From: Candidatus Marinacidobacterales bacterium
GTDB lineage: Bacteria > Acidobacteriota > Vicinamibacteria > Marinacidobacterales > SMYC01
Length of the DNA stretch: 64,000 bases
Assembly: GCA_965237955.1 (NCBI GenBank)
Contig: OZ250169.1
Coordinates: 2,656,001 to 2,720,000 of the forward strand
Reading direction: 5' to 3'
The notes under the pieces are model-generated. The model did no database searches and was not told the DNA's origin. It saw only the letters and a program-made list of their open reading frames with translations. Made by a program: the position numbers and the translations under genes. Positions 44,337-53,201 of this stretch are shown here, piece by piece. The stretch's first letter is position 1. Each line of letters opens with the position of its first letter.

Positions 44337-45443
44337 ATGAGAATCCTGCAGCTCATCCCTGGAAGCTTCGAGACACCGTTCTTTACCGCGCTTGCGAAAG
44401 GACTGTCTGAGTCCGGTGTCACACAGGACTTCGCGACCGTTCGGTCGACGCCTCCTCCTTCCTGGTTGGACGAAGTAGACGGGCGCCATTTCTGCTTGAA
44501 TGCCTCACGCCGTCTGAGCTACCCCTTCGCGAGCCGGAAACTCTCGCGCTGGATCGGACGGGAGCAAGTCGACATCGTACACGCGCACTTGTTCGACGCA
44601 TCTCTGCTCGCGGCCTGGATCGCTGGACGAAGCCGAGCCCGCGTCGTGGTCAGCCGTCACCATCTCGACGACGTACTTCAGAACGGGACGTCATCGCACG
44701 TGAGGATGGACAAGTGGATCACGAAACGATCCGACCAAATTCTCGTACCATCCGATGCGGTCCGTGAGTTCATGCGAAAGACAGAATCTTCGCGCACCGA
44801 GCACGTCCGAACCGTCCCCTACGGGTTCAATTTCGACAACCTCACAGCCACCGACCAAGAGGCCGAAGCCGTGAGAAAGGAACTCGGGCTCACGGACGCG
44901 TTTCTCATCGGAGTCGTGGCGCGCTTTATCGGGAACAAAGGACACCTCTTTCTGTTCGAGGCGCTCCCCGAGATCGCGCGCGCGATCCCCAACGTGAAAG
45001 TGCTTCTTCTTGGCGGCGGCAACGAAGATTTGATACGGCGCCAAGTGCGCGAATGCGGCGTCACCGACCAAATCGTTTTCGGCGGCTACCGGCAAGATAT
45101 CGCCGCCTGCAGGAAAGCCTTCGACGCGCTCGTCCATCCGACTTTGAGCGAGTCCTTCGGTCAAGTGCTGGTCGAGGCGATGTCGGTCGAAACGCCCGTC
45201 GTCTCCAGCCGGGTGGGAGGCACACCGTCGATCATCACTCATGGTGAGACGGGACTTCTCGTCCCACCCGCAGATCCCGGCGCCATTTCCGACGCCGTGA
45301 TCGAACTTCATCGTGAGCCGGAGCTCGCAAGGTCCCTCGGACGAAAAGCGCGAGCTTCGGTGCTCGAGCGGTTCAACGTCCCGCGAATGATCGAGGATCA
45401 CCTCGACTGTTACCGAGAGCTCCTCACTCCGATCGCATTGTAA
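44337..45443 (+). CDS. GT4 glycosyltransferase
   Basis: DIVHAH, VARFIGNKGH, SESFGQVLVEAM. Confidence 0.9.
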   Translation: MRILQLIPGSFETPFFTALAKGLSESGVTQDFATVRSTPPPSWLDEVDGRHFCLNASRRLSYPFASRKLSRWIGREQVDIVHAHLFDASLLAAWIAGRSRARVVVSRHHLDDVLQNGTSSHVRMDKWITKRSDQILVPSDAVREFMRKTESSRTEHVRTVPYGFNFDNLTATDQEAEAVRKELGLTDAFLIGVVARFIGNKGHLFLFEALPEIARAIPNVKVLLLGGGNEDLIRRQVRECGVTDQIVFGGYRQDIAACRKAFDALVHPTLSESFGQVLVEAMSVETPVVSSRVGGTPSIITHGETGLLVPPADPGAISDAVIELHREPELARSLGRKARASVLERFNVPRMIEDHLDCYRELLTPIAL

Positions 45444-45453
45444 GACGAGCGGA

Positions 45454-46250
45454 CTAACGCGCGGCCAAAGCGTGTTGTAGTGACCGCGCGACGCGGCTTA
45501 AGGACACGTGGCTCCCGTAGCCCACGACCACGAGGGCGACACCGCCGGCCACGATGGCGAGGAGCGCGCGCGATACGCCTCCTGGCAGATGCGACGCGGC
45601 GACGGCGGCAAGCGTCGGCGGCAAAGCGGCGAGGATGCTCCTCCAATAACGGAATGCTCGGACGCGCGTGACCATGAATCCGGCAGCCGCCATCGTCACG
45701 AAGTTGCTCGCGGTCGTCGCCCATACGCAGCCGAGCAGGCCGAATCGCGGGATCAAAGCAAAATTGAGAACGACGTTGCAGCATGCCGCCACAAAAGCTG
45801 TCGCCGCTGAGATGCGGCTCTCATACCGCGCCATCGCGAGCGGAGCGAAGCCTAGAACGAGAGGACCGGCCAAAGCCGCTGCCGCGAACATCGGCCACAC
45901 GAGCTCGACGGCCGGCCCGAACGATACCGGCAAGAGGACCGGGATCGCGACCACGATCGCTCCCGCGACGAGCATGCAGGCCAAGCTGAAGCCCCAGCAA
46001 AGCGCGGGCAGCGTCTCTTCCAGGAAGAGCGTCTCGCTGTCATGCTCATTGGTCGATTCGAGAGAGATCAGAAACGGGAGCACGAGCGAGCCCGCCAAAA
46101 CGGCGAGCTGCAGAAAGCTTCCCATCATCTGATAAGTGATGTTGTAGATTCCGAGAGAGGCCGTCGACAACCAACGCACGATGAAGAATGCGTCGATGTA
46201 GTGCGTCGACAAATAGCCGAAGGTCGATTGCAGGATGAGCGGGAGACGAG
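45454..46250 (-). pseudogene. Wzx-like flippase C-terminal half, 5' end replaced by an IS5 fragment
   Basis: Multi-TM; LGIYNITYQ, NVVLNFALIPRFGLLGCVWAT. Confidence 0.75.
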
Positions 46251-46254
46251 GGGC

Positions 46255-46422
46255 TGTGCCTTCGGACGGCGCCTGTGGCACGTGGGCGCAGCGGAACGCG
46301 ACCCTCGAGACGATTCGCAATGTCGGGCGCCAAGGCTGGCAGCGGGAGTCACGGTATCGACGACAGGGCGCCGTCGAGAACCCTTCTTTAGGTACAAGCG
46401 CACGCTCGGAAACAGCCTTCGA
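46255..46422 (+). mobile_element. C-terminal fragment of an IS903-group transposase
   Basis: RNATLETIRNVGRQGWQRESRYRRQGAVEN..RYKRTLGNSLRS. Confidence 0.7.
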
Positions 46423-46647
46423 TCGGACGATACGGCTTTACGTCGTCGGCGCCCGATGCTACTGTGGATACATAGCTCTAAAAACTTCCTAGTGCCGTTC
46501 GAACTATTCGGGCCTAGAAACTTGGTTCTTAGCGTGGCTACGGTGGTTCGGATGAGTGACGCCATCGATAGGCGCAACAACTTGGAACGGCACTAGTCGG
46601 CGCGGATACCCGCGCCGGAGACCGTCAAGGAGTGCAGCTCGTTGTCC

Positions 46648-47370
46648 ATGATCCACGATCGCGTCTTCGAGTGGTTCCCGCGTGTCGTGCCGTGGAAGCT
46701 TCTCGCCCCGCTCACGCTGCCTGTGGGTCGGCAGCTGAAGACCAAATGGCACTTCTGGTACGAGAACGCGCGGATGATCGAAACGGCTTTCGGTTTCGCG
46801 TTCAACAACCGAGTCGCCGGCGACTATCTCGAGTTCGGCGTCTATCAGGGATGCACCGTTACCGATGCGTGGGACGCAGCCCGTCGCTACGGAATGTCGG
46901 ATATGCGCTTTCATGCCTTCGACTCGTTTCAAGGACTCCCTGAACCGGACGGTAAGGATAGAGACGGAGGGTTCTCGGGCGGTCAGTTTCACTGCGAGCG
47001 CGAGAAGTTCGAAGCGATCCTTCGCCGGCGTAAAGTCGACATGTCACGCGTCTCGATTCACGAGGGGATGTTCGATGAGACGCTCGCGACACCGGGGAGC
47101 CTGCGGAGCGCCGGCATAGGTCAGGCGTCGGTCGTGTGGATAGATTGTGACCTCTACGCTTCTACCGTGCCCGTGCTGCGGGCTCTAGGTGACGTTCTTG
47201 TGGACGGCACGATTCTCGTTTTCGATGATTGGTACTGCTTCAACGGTCGCCCGGATCGAGGGGAACAGCGAGCCTGCTCCGAATGGCTTGCAGCGAATCC
47301 GGGAATCCGCCTCGTCGAGTACCAGAAGTTCCACTGGGGGGGAGCTTCGTTCATCGTGAACCTGCAATGA
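46648..47370 (+). CDS. TylF/NovP-like sugar O-methyltransferase
   Basis: GDYLEFGVYQG, FDSFQGLP, WIDCDLYAST, VFDDW, GEQRA. Confidence 0.88.
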   Translation: MIHDRVFEWFPRVVPWKLLAPLTLPVGRQLKTKWHFWYENARMIETAFGFAFNNRVAGDYLEFGVYQGCTVTDAWDAARRYGMSDMRFHAFDSFQGLPEPDGKDRDGGFSGGQFHCEREKFEAILRRRKVDMSRVSIHEGMFDETLATPGSLRSAGIGQASVVWIDCDLYASTVPVLRALGDVLVDGTILVFDDWYCFNGRPDRGEQRACSEWLAANPGIRLVEYQKFHWGGASFIVNLQ

Positions 47371-47807
47371 ATGTTCACGCTCCGCCAGATGCATCCGCGA
47401 ACGACCTCGATTCTGTCGACGAGCCGGCGTTGCCGATGAAATGCGTGTTTTGTGATGGCGGCGATTCTCTGCGCGAGTCTTACCTCGCCCGGGTCGTCGG
47501 GCTCGACAACGAAGGTGTCTTCCGGTGCACCCAGTGCGGGTTGATCCGCAGAGGCCGGCTTCGAGGATCTCGCGCGTGCAGCCCCGAATATTTCGATCGG
47601 CTGAGTGCGCACTTCGAGCTTCGTCGAGTTGAAGCCGAATGCGAGATGACACGTCCCGCCGGTGCGGCTCTCTGCATCTCGGACCACATGGCCAGGCAGT
47701 TTCCGCACGGCGAGCCCGAGGAAGAGTTCGTCTCGCCCTCGTTCGACCCGGTCGGCAATCTAAAACGGCACGACGGCAGCCATCGCGCCAGAACCCACTT
47801 GATCTAG
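47367..47807 (+). pseudogene. Internally deleted Zn-finger methyltransferase-like remnant
   Basis: CVFC...RCTQCGLI N-terminus with no SAM-binding core. Confidence 0.4.
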
Positions 47808-47813
47808 AAACCG

Positions 47814-49088
47814 ATGCAAGTCCTCGTAGCCTTTTTCGTTGCCGCACTAACCAACTTTCTCGTTCTCTTCGTGCTGCGCCGTCGCTACCAGTCGGATCTG
47901 TTTCGAATCGTAGCGCTCGCCTACGTCGGAACCGTGGCCCTCCGGTACGTGCTTGCCGTTTACCTGTGGTTGAACCATCTGGACTCCAATTTCAGCCAGA
48001 CCTTCTGGGGGGATTCTCAACTGTATGACTTCTTGGGCGCCGCGGTCGCCGAGAGTTGGACTCACGGAGCATCCACGAATTTATGGGCAGAAACTTTGCA
48101 AGGTCGCGTCAACAGCGGCTTCATCTATTTCGTGGCGTGCATCTACTACGTTTTCGGGCGAAACGTGCTGCTGGTGCAGCTCATCAACGGAGTCATCGGC
48201 GCTCTGACGCCCATCGTCATCTTCGAGATTGGCCTCATTCTCTATGACAAGCGTGTGGCGACGACGGCCATGTTGTTCACCGCCTTCTTTCCTCAGATGA
48301 TCTTCTGGTCTTCCGCGCTCTACAAAGACCCGGCGGTCATGCTCTGTATCGCTGCCAACATTTTGTGCGTGTTCCGTCTCAGGCATCGATTGAGTCTGTC
48401 GTGGATAGCCATTTATCTGTTGACGGCCGGCGCGCTCGTATGGCTCCGTTTCTATATTTTCTACGCGGTCCTTGCGGCCATGGTTGCCGGGTTCCTCGTG
48501 GGTCACCGGCGGGGTGTCGCTCTCGGTTTGGTCACTCAGCTCCTTCTCGTCACCTGTGTGCTGGGTCTGCTCCTGTTCACGCCCGTAGGACAGGAGGTCT
48601 TGTTGCAGAGTCGGTTCTTCGATCTCGATATGCTCCAAAATTCCCGGCTCGATCTGGCGGCTAGAGGCGATAGTGGATTCGCAATAGAGGCCGACGTAAC
48701 CACGGTCGGTGGTTTGGTCTCGATGCTTCCGGTCGGCGTGACCTACTTGTTGTTTGCGCCGTTTCCCTGGACGATTAGCAACTTACGTCAGCTCATGGCG
48801 CTTCCCGATGTTCTGGCGTGGTATGCGCTCACGCCAGCGCTCATCATCGGCATCGGTCTCGCGCTGAAACGGCTCCGCCAGACTATGCCAATCCTCGTTT
48901 TTACGACTTCGCTCACGCTTGCTTACGGTGCATTTTTGGGGAACGTGGGCACGGCGTACCGACAACGCACGCAGATCATGATGTTCTATTTCTTATTCAT
49001 CGCCGATGGGCTTCACCGTAAGCGCCATCGCAAGAGCGAGCTCGTCGAGGGCGGGCCGCTCCCTACTACTAGTCCCCTGGATCTTTGA
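47814..49088 (+). CDS. Multi-TM GT-C fold protein, Wzy polymerase-like; stop codon supplied by the MITE
   Basis: GDSQLYD, LYKDP, LFAPFPW, NVGTAYRQRTQI; about 10 TM segments. Confidence 0.7.
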   Translation: MQVLVAFFVAALTNFLVLFVLRRRYQSDLFRIVALAYVGTVALRYVLAVYLWLNHLDSNFSQTFWGDSQLYDFLGAAVAESWTHGASTNLWAETLQGRVNSGFIYFVACIYYVFGRNVLLVQLINGVIGALTPIVIFEIGLILYDKRVATTAMLFTAFFPQMIFWSSALYKDPAVMLCIAANILCVFRLRHRLSLSWIAIYLLTAGALVWLRFYIFYAVLAAMVAGFLVGHRRGVALGLVTQLLLVTCVLGLLLFTPVGQEVLLQSRFFDLDMLQNSRLDLAARGDSGFAIEADVTTVGGLVSMLPVGVTYLLFAPFPWTISNLRQLMALPDVLAWYALTPALIIGIGLALKRLRQTMPILVFTTSLTLAYGAFLGNVGTAYRQRTQIMMFYFLFIADGLHRKRHRKSELVEGGPLPTTSPLDL

Positions 49089-49201
49089 TTACTATACAAA
49101 GTTAGGCTTTTTGCCAGCCCATAAAATTCATAAGATTCATGCACTTAGAAGTGTTTCGGCAAGCTCTGCTTTATCTAGTTTGTTCTGATACAGGGGACTA
49201 G
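49069..49201 (-). mobile_element. 133-bp IS630-type MITE, copy 1
   Basis: CTAGTCCCCTG...CAGGGGACTAG; reverse complement of 53066-53198 with 3 mismatches. Confidence 0.9.
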
Positions 49202-49251
49202 GGACTTGGTACCCACGGTCAATCGGTAAAACGGCACCGGAGTCGTCGTGG

Positions 49252-51270
49252 TCACTCGGTGCCGGTTTTGTCTCGAGACGCCCGATAGGTTTCCAGGGCG
49301 GAGTCGGCCTCCTCGCCCGCGCCCGTGGCGCGCCGCAGCAATACGGGATCCTCACTGACGAAGGGGGCCAGGATGTTCAGGGCGTCCAACGGCCGAATTC
49401 CCGGTTGCAGCTCACGGCCCCGCTCGAGCTGAACGAGCGCTTCATCGATGCGTCCGCGCGAAGCGAGATAGGACGCGTAATTCGCGCGCATGGGGGAGTG
49501 CTGAGGCTCGAGCTCGAACGCGCGCGCAAACAGCACGTCGGCGATCTCGTCGTTGCCGCGATTGGCCTCGGTCCACCCTAGCTCGAACCAGTAGAGGCCT
49601 CGCGCGGGAGCGAGGCTCATCGCTTCACGGAATGCGCCCGCCGCTTGGTCGAGACGGACCTCACGATAGCGCGCCGCGTCGGGAGACCGGTAGGCTTCCT
49701 CGTTATAGAGCCTGCCCAAAAGATGCGCGGTCTCCGGATCCTGCGGTACCGTCCGGCGCGAGCGGACGACTCTTTGAATCGAATCGGTGAACTCGTCGGA
49801 GGTGGTGAGGACGGGGTCGATCTCACGGGTGAGTCGGCGACTCTCACCGATATCGCTCGTTACGATCGTGAACGACACGATGACGACGGCGATCACGACG
49901 GCAAAGACTGGAAACAAGCTGCGTGAGCTCCACGTGAGCGATCCTGCATCGTCGCCCGATGCCAGCAACCCCAAGAGGATCGCAAACAAGAGTGCGTTCG
50001 AGGGAATGTGGAGATTGAAATCGTAAATCCCGTGAACCACGAGTGCCGCGCACGCGGCAAGCGCGCCCAGCAGCATCCCCCGGTTGCGGTTTGATGTCTC
50101 GTTGAGGATAGCCTGGAACCCGAGACGACCAACCGAGACCAGAAACCCGATCGTGAGGAAGAGTCCGAGGAGGCCTGTCTCGCACGCCAGTTGAAACCAA
50201 TCGCTCTCGGCGAACTCAGCGCGGGTCTCGTCGGTGCCGGTGCGGTAGCCCGGTATTACGGATGCGTACGTTCCGAGGCCCGTCCCTACGATGGGAGAGT
50301 CAGCGAACAGCCCGGTGGAGTCCGACCATAAGTCGAGGCGAAACTGAATCGAGCTGTCTTGCCTCGGGTTTCCGAGAGTCGACAGCCGTTCCGACAAACG
50401 CGCGGGGGCAAACGCCGCGACGAACAAAGCGACGGCGACCACGCCACTCACGATCCACTGGCGTCCACGGCTTTCTTCGCGTCGTGACAACACGGCCAAC
50501 ACGACCACACCCGCGCCCGCCGCGATCAAGCCCCCGCGGGAATGAGAGAGCACGAGCGAGATCCCCATCAGTCCCGACCCGCCGCCGAGGAGCAACGCGA
50601 GCGATGGGTTTCGGCGCGCGGTACCGAGGGCCGTACCCAGGCTCAAGAGGCCGCATGCCTCCACGAACCCGGCGAAGTGGTTGTGGTTGACGAAGGGGCC
50701 GTAGGGATTCCCCGATGGGACTTGGAAGCGACCGTAGAGCACGTTTCCAAAGCGCGCTTTCTGGTAGACGCCGAAGAGTGCAAGGGCGACGCCCAACATC
50801 GCCAGTGAGTACACGACGACTCGGCGATCGGGGCCGTGACGATAGAGCTGGCTCGCCATGTAGAACGCGGCGGCGAAGCTCACGAGCTGCAAAAGGCCCC
50901 AGCGCGTCTGAAACGGCTCCGCGGACATCGGGTGCCACCGGTCGATCTCGATGATGCCACGAAGCGGCTCGTAGAAATTCCCGACGCCGGGGGCTACAAC
51001 ATCGGCCCATCCAGGGGGCAAGGGCACTTGCTGCAATAGCACGAGCCCGCACGCCGCGACCAGCCAGATCCACACCGGTAGAGGACGGAGCTTGCGGTAG
51101 TAAATGCGCGTCGTGACGTAGAGGCCGCAGAGCGCCAGGAGGGAGGCGCTCAGCCAAGCTGCAGGCCTCGGGGTCACCGAGCCGAATGGCCAAGGAGCGA
51201 GGAGCACGAGCGCGAGCAGACCGAGGCGCAGTGCCCATGTAGAAATGCGCTCCATGGACGACGTTCGCAT
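49252..51270 (-). CDS. O-antigen ligase / O-oligosaccharyltransferase-like protein with C-terminal TPRs
   Basis: PWPFGSV, GPFVNHNHFAG, SHSRGG, GTGLGTY, DFNLHIPSN, TPR-like tail. Confidence 0.85.
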   Translation of the reverse strand: MRTSSMERISTWALRLGLLALVLLAPWPFGSVTPRPAAWLSASLLALCGLYVTTRIYYRKLRPLPVWIWLVAACGLVLLQQVPLPPGWADVVAPGVGNFYEPLRGIIEIDRWHPMSAEPFQTRWGLLQLVSFAAAFYMASQLYRHGPDRRVVVYSLAMLGVALALFGVYQKARFGNVLYGRFQVPSGNPYGPFVNHNHFAGFVEACGLLSLGTALGTARRNPSLALLLGGGSGLMGISLVLSHSRGGLIAAGAGVVVLAVLSRREESRGRQWIVSGVVAVALFVAAFAPARLSERLSTLGNPRQDSSIQFRLDLWSDSTGLFADSPIVGTGLGTYASVIPGYRTGTDETRAEFAESDWFQLACETGLLGLFLTIGFLVSVGRLGFQAILNETSNRNRGMLLGALAACAALVVHGIYDFNLHIPSNALLFAILLGLLASGDDAGSLTWSSRSLFPVFAVVIAVVIVSFTIVTSDIGESRRLTREIDPVLTTSDEFTDSIQRVVRSRRTVPQDPETAHLLGRLYNEEAYRSPDAARYREVRLDQAAGAFREAMSLAPARGLYWFELGWTEANRGNDEIADVLFARAFELEPQHSPMRANYASYLASRGRIDEALVQLERGRELQPGIRPLDALNILAPFVSEDPVLLRRATGAGEEADSALETYRASRDKTGTE

Positions 51271-51572
51271 AGAAGGATCTCGTCGAGGTCAGGACGAAGC
51301 GCACGACGGGCTTGCGCTTTCGGCCGTAGCTCGTGATTTTTTCTGGAAGTTTGGTCTAACGAGATCTTAGCACAGCGGGTGAAAGCTCGCCCTGAGGGTA
51401 AAACCACCATTCGCTGTGGGGGTCGAAAGTGGCTTTTTGCCGGGATTCTCCCACGTCCGGCATCCACCACGCTGGCTCTCAATCCACGCGCACACATGGA
51501 CGTGTTCGCGTAGTGTCAATGTCTCGAGTAGGTTGTGGCCCAGTGCACTCGCCGACGGCGCGCCCGGCAACT

Positions 51573-51588
51573 TGGCAAAGCTCTTGCT
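51573..51588 (+). promoter_or_regulatory. Sigma54 -24/-12 promoter
   Basis: TGGCAAAGCTCTTGCT. Confidence 0.65.
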
Positions 51589-51824
51589 ATAGAACCACGG
51601 TGTACAGAGACAGCACAACACGCTGCTCCCGAAAACAGCACTTTCTGTTGCCGCCAGCCTTGGCGGGCTCACTCTCTCGGGAACGTGAGAGCGTGATTGC
51701 CACGCCGGGCGGCACAGTGCGCGGTGAGGTCGGGGTGGGTGTGAAGGTCGATTCCGGTAACGGTCCCGGGCTTCGGTTCGTCGCATCCAGGTTGGGGGCC
51801 CCGACCCCACCCGCCCCCTTTTGA

Positions 51825-51961
51825 TCAGCATCCAGCATTCAGCATCCAGTTCAAGTCGCAACGTGCCGCTGAATGGCGCGGCACGCGTCGACCTCGATTG
51901 CCGGTAAGCGAAATGCCTGTTACAGGCAACTCCGCGAACTGAACTGGATGCCGAATGCTGG
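51825..51961. repeat. Heptamer-armed inverted element, copy 2 (relative of 22997-23128)
   Basis: TCAGCATCCAGCATTCAGCATCCAGTTCA ... GAACTGAACTGGATGCCGAATGCTGG. Confidence 0.7.
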
Positions 51962-52885
51962 TCATCGTTTCGCAGCCTTCCAGATGTCGACGCACCCTTT
52001 GTAGTTTTCCGCGATGGCGTTGACGGCGGCGTCTTCTGCCATGCTCTTGTCCAAGTACGCCTTCAGAGGTTCGGTGAAGTTGGTTCGTCCGACGGCGAAG
52101 CCGATGAACCCATTGACGGGCGCCGAGACCTGGAGCCACTCGTGGACTTTTTCTTTGTTGGAGCCTCGGCCGAGCAGGATCGCTCCAACGCGAGCGCGGT
52201 CGTCATTCGATCGAACTTGCGTGGAGACGGCCTCCGCCTGCTCGCGCTTGTCGAGTCCTTCGATCTTCCAGATGTCGGGCTCGACGCCGTAGTCTTGGAT
52301 TTCGCGAATCGCGTTGACCATGTGGCCGGGGCGGATGTCCGAGTCGTAGCTGTCGCCGGCGCTCTTGTCATCGTCGGTAACGGCTGGGACGAGAAGCTCG
52401 AACATCAGGTAGTGATCGTTGCTTGCGTGCACGTAGTCGGAGAGGAGCTTGAGCCGGGTCAGCTGTTCGCGGTTCATCACCGTGTCGTCCTCGGGGTGGA
52501 AGCGGACGAGCACCTTGACGATATCGGGAGCGAGAAAGCGCAGATGATCCTCCCAGCGCGCGCCGTACTCGAAGTCGAATACGGATTGGCCGCTCTTCTC
52601 CACACACACCGCGGCGGGGATGCCGCGGGATTTCGCGTCACTAATAATGTGGCTTCCGAACTGTGCGTCGACGAGAATACCCACCTCGTCGCTGGGAACA
52701 CCCATCTCGATCGCTTTGAGAAGCCCGCGGTAGATCAGCGTCTTGGCTTCCGAGACCGGGACGAACTGGTCCTTAACCGGCTCGATGGCCGGCGCGCCTT
52801 TGAAGTCGAAGTACGTTTTCGTGAAGCTGCCCCGATGATCGAACGGTTGAACGAACAGGGGCTTGTCGTAGCCAATGTCTTTCAT
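51962..52885 (-). CDS. DUF2090 / IolC C-terminal-type 2-deoxy-5-keto-gluconate-6-P aldolase domain protein
   Basis: PFDHRGSF, FDFEYG, KVLVRFHP, GVEPDIWKIEG, GFAVGRT. Confidence 0.85.
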   Translation of the reverse strand: MKDIGYDKPLFVQPFDHRGSFTKTYFDFKGAPAIEPVKDQFVPVSEAKTLIYRGLLKAIEMGVPSDEVGILVDAQFGSHIISDAKSRGIPAAVCVEKSGQSVFDFEYGARWEDHLRFLAPDIVKVLVRFHPEDDTVMNREQLTRLKLLSDYVHASNDHYLMFELLVPAVTDDDKSAGDSYDSDIRPGHMVNAIREIQDYGVEPDIWKIEGLDKREQAEAVSTQVRSNDDRARVGAILLGRGSNKEKVHEWLQVSAPVNGFIGFAVGRTNFTEPLKAYLDKSMAEDAAVNAIAENYKGCVDIWKAAKR

Positions 52886-53065
52886 GACAAAGATCCTCCA
52901 TCCGTCCGCGGGGCGTCTCCCTCGCGACGGGTCGATGAGAAGAAGGGCCGCAAGGGTCGAACGCGCGATCTCGCGGCTCGCGGCCCCCGGGCGGCGCGCG
53001 TAGTTTACGCCGCGAGCACCCGAGCGGGCAAGGGAGTCACGCGTCGACGGCTGCTTGGTGGCTCG

Positions 53066-53198
53066 CTAGTCCCCTGTATCAGAACAAACTAGATAAAGCA
53101 GAGCTTGCCGAAACCCTTCTAAGTGCATGAATCTTATGAATCTTATGGGCTGGCGAAAAGCCTAACTTTGTATAGTAATCAAAGATCCAGGGGACTAG
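53066..53198 (+). mobile_element. 133-bp IS630-type MITE, copy 2
   Basis: CTAGTCCCCTGTATC...GATCCAGGGGACTAG. Confidence 0.9.
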
Positions 53199-53201
53199 GT
53201 A

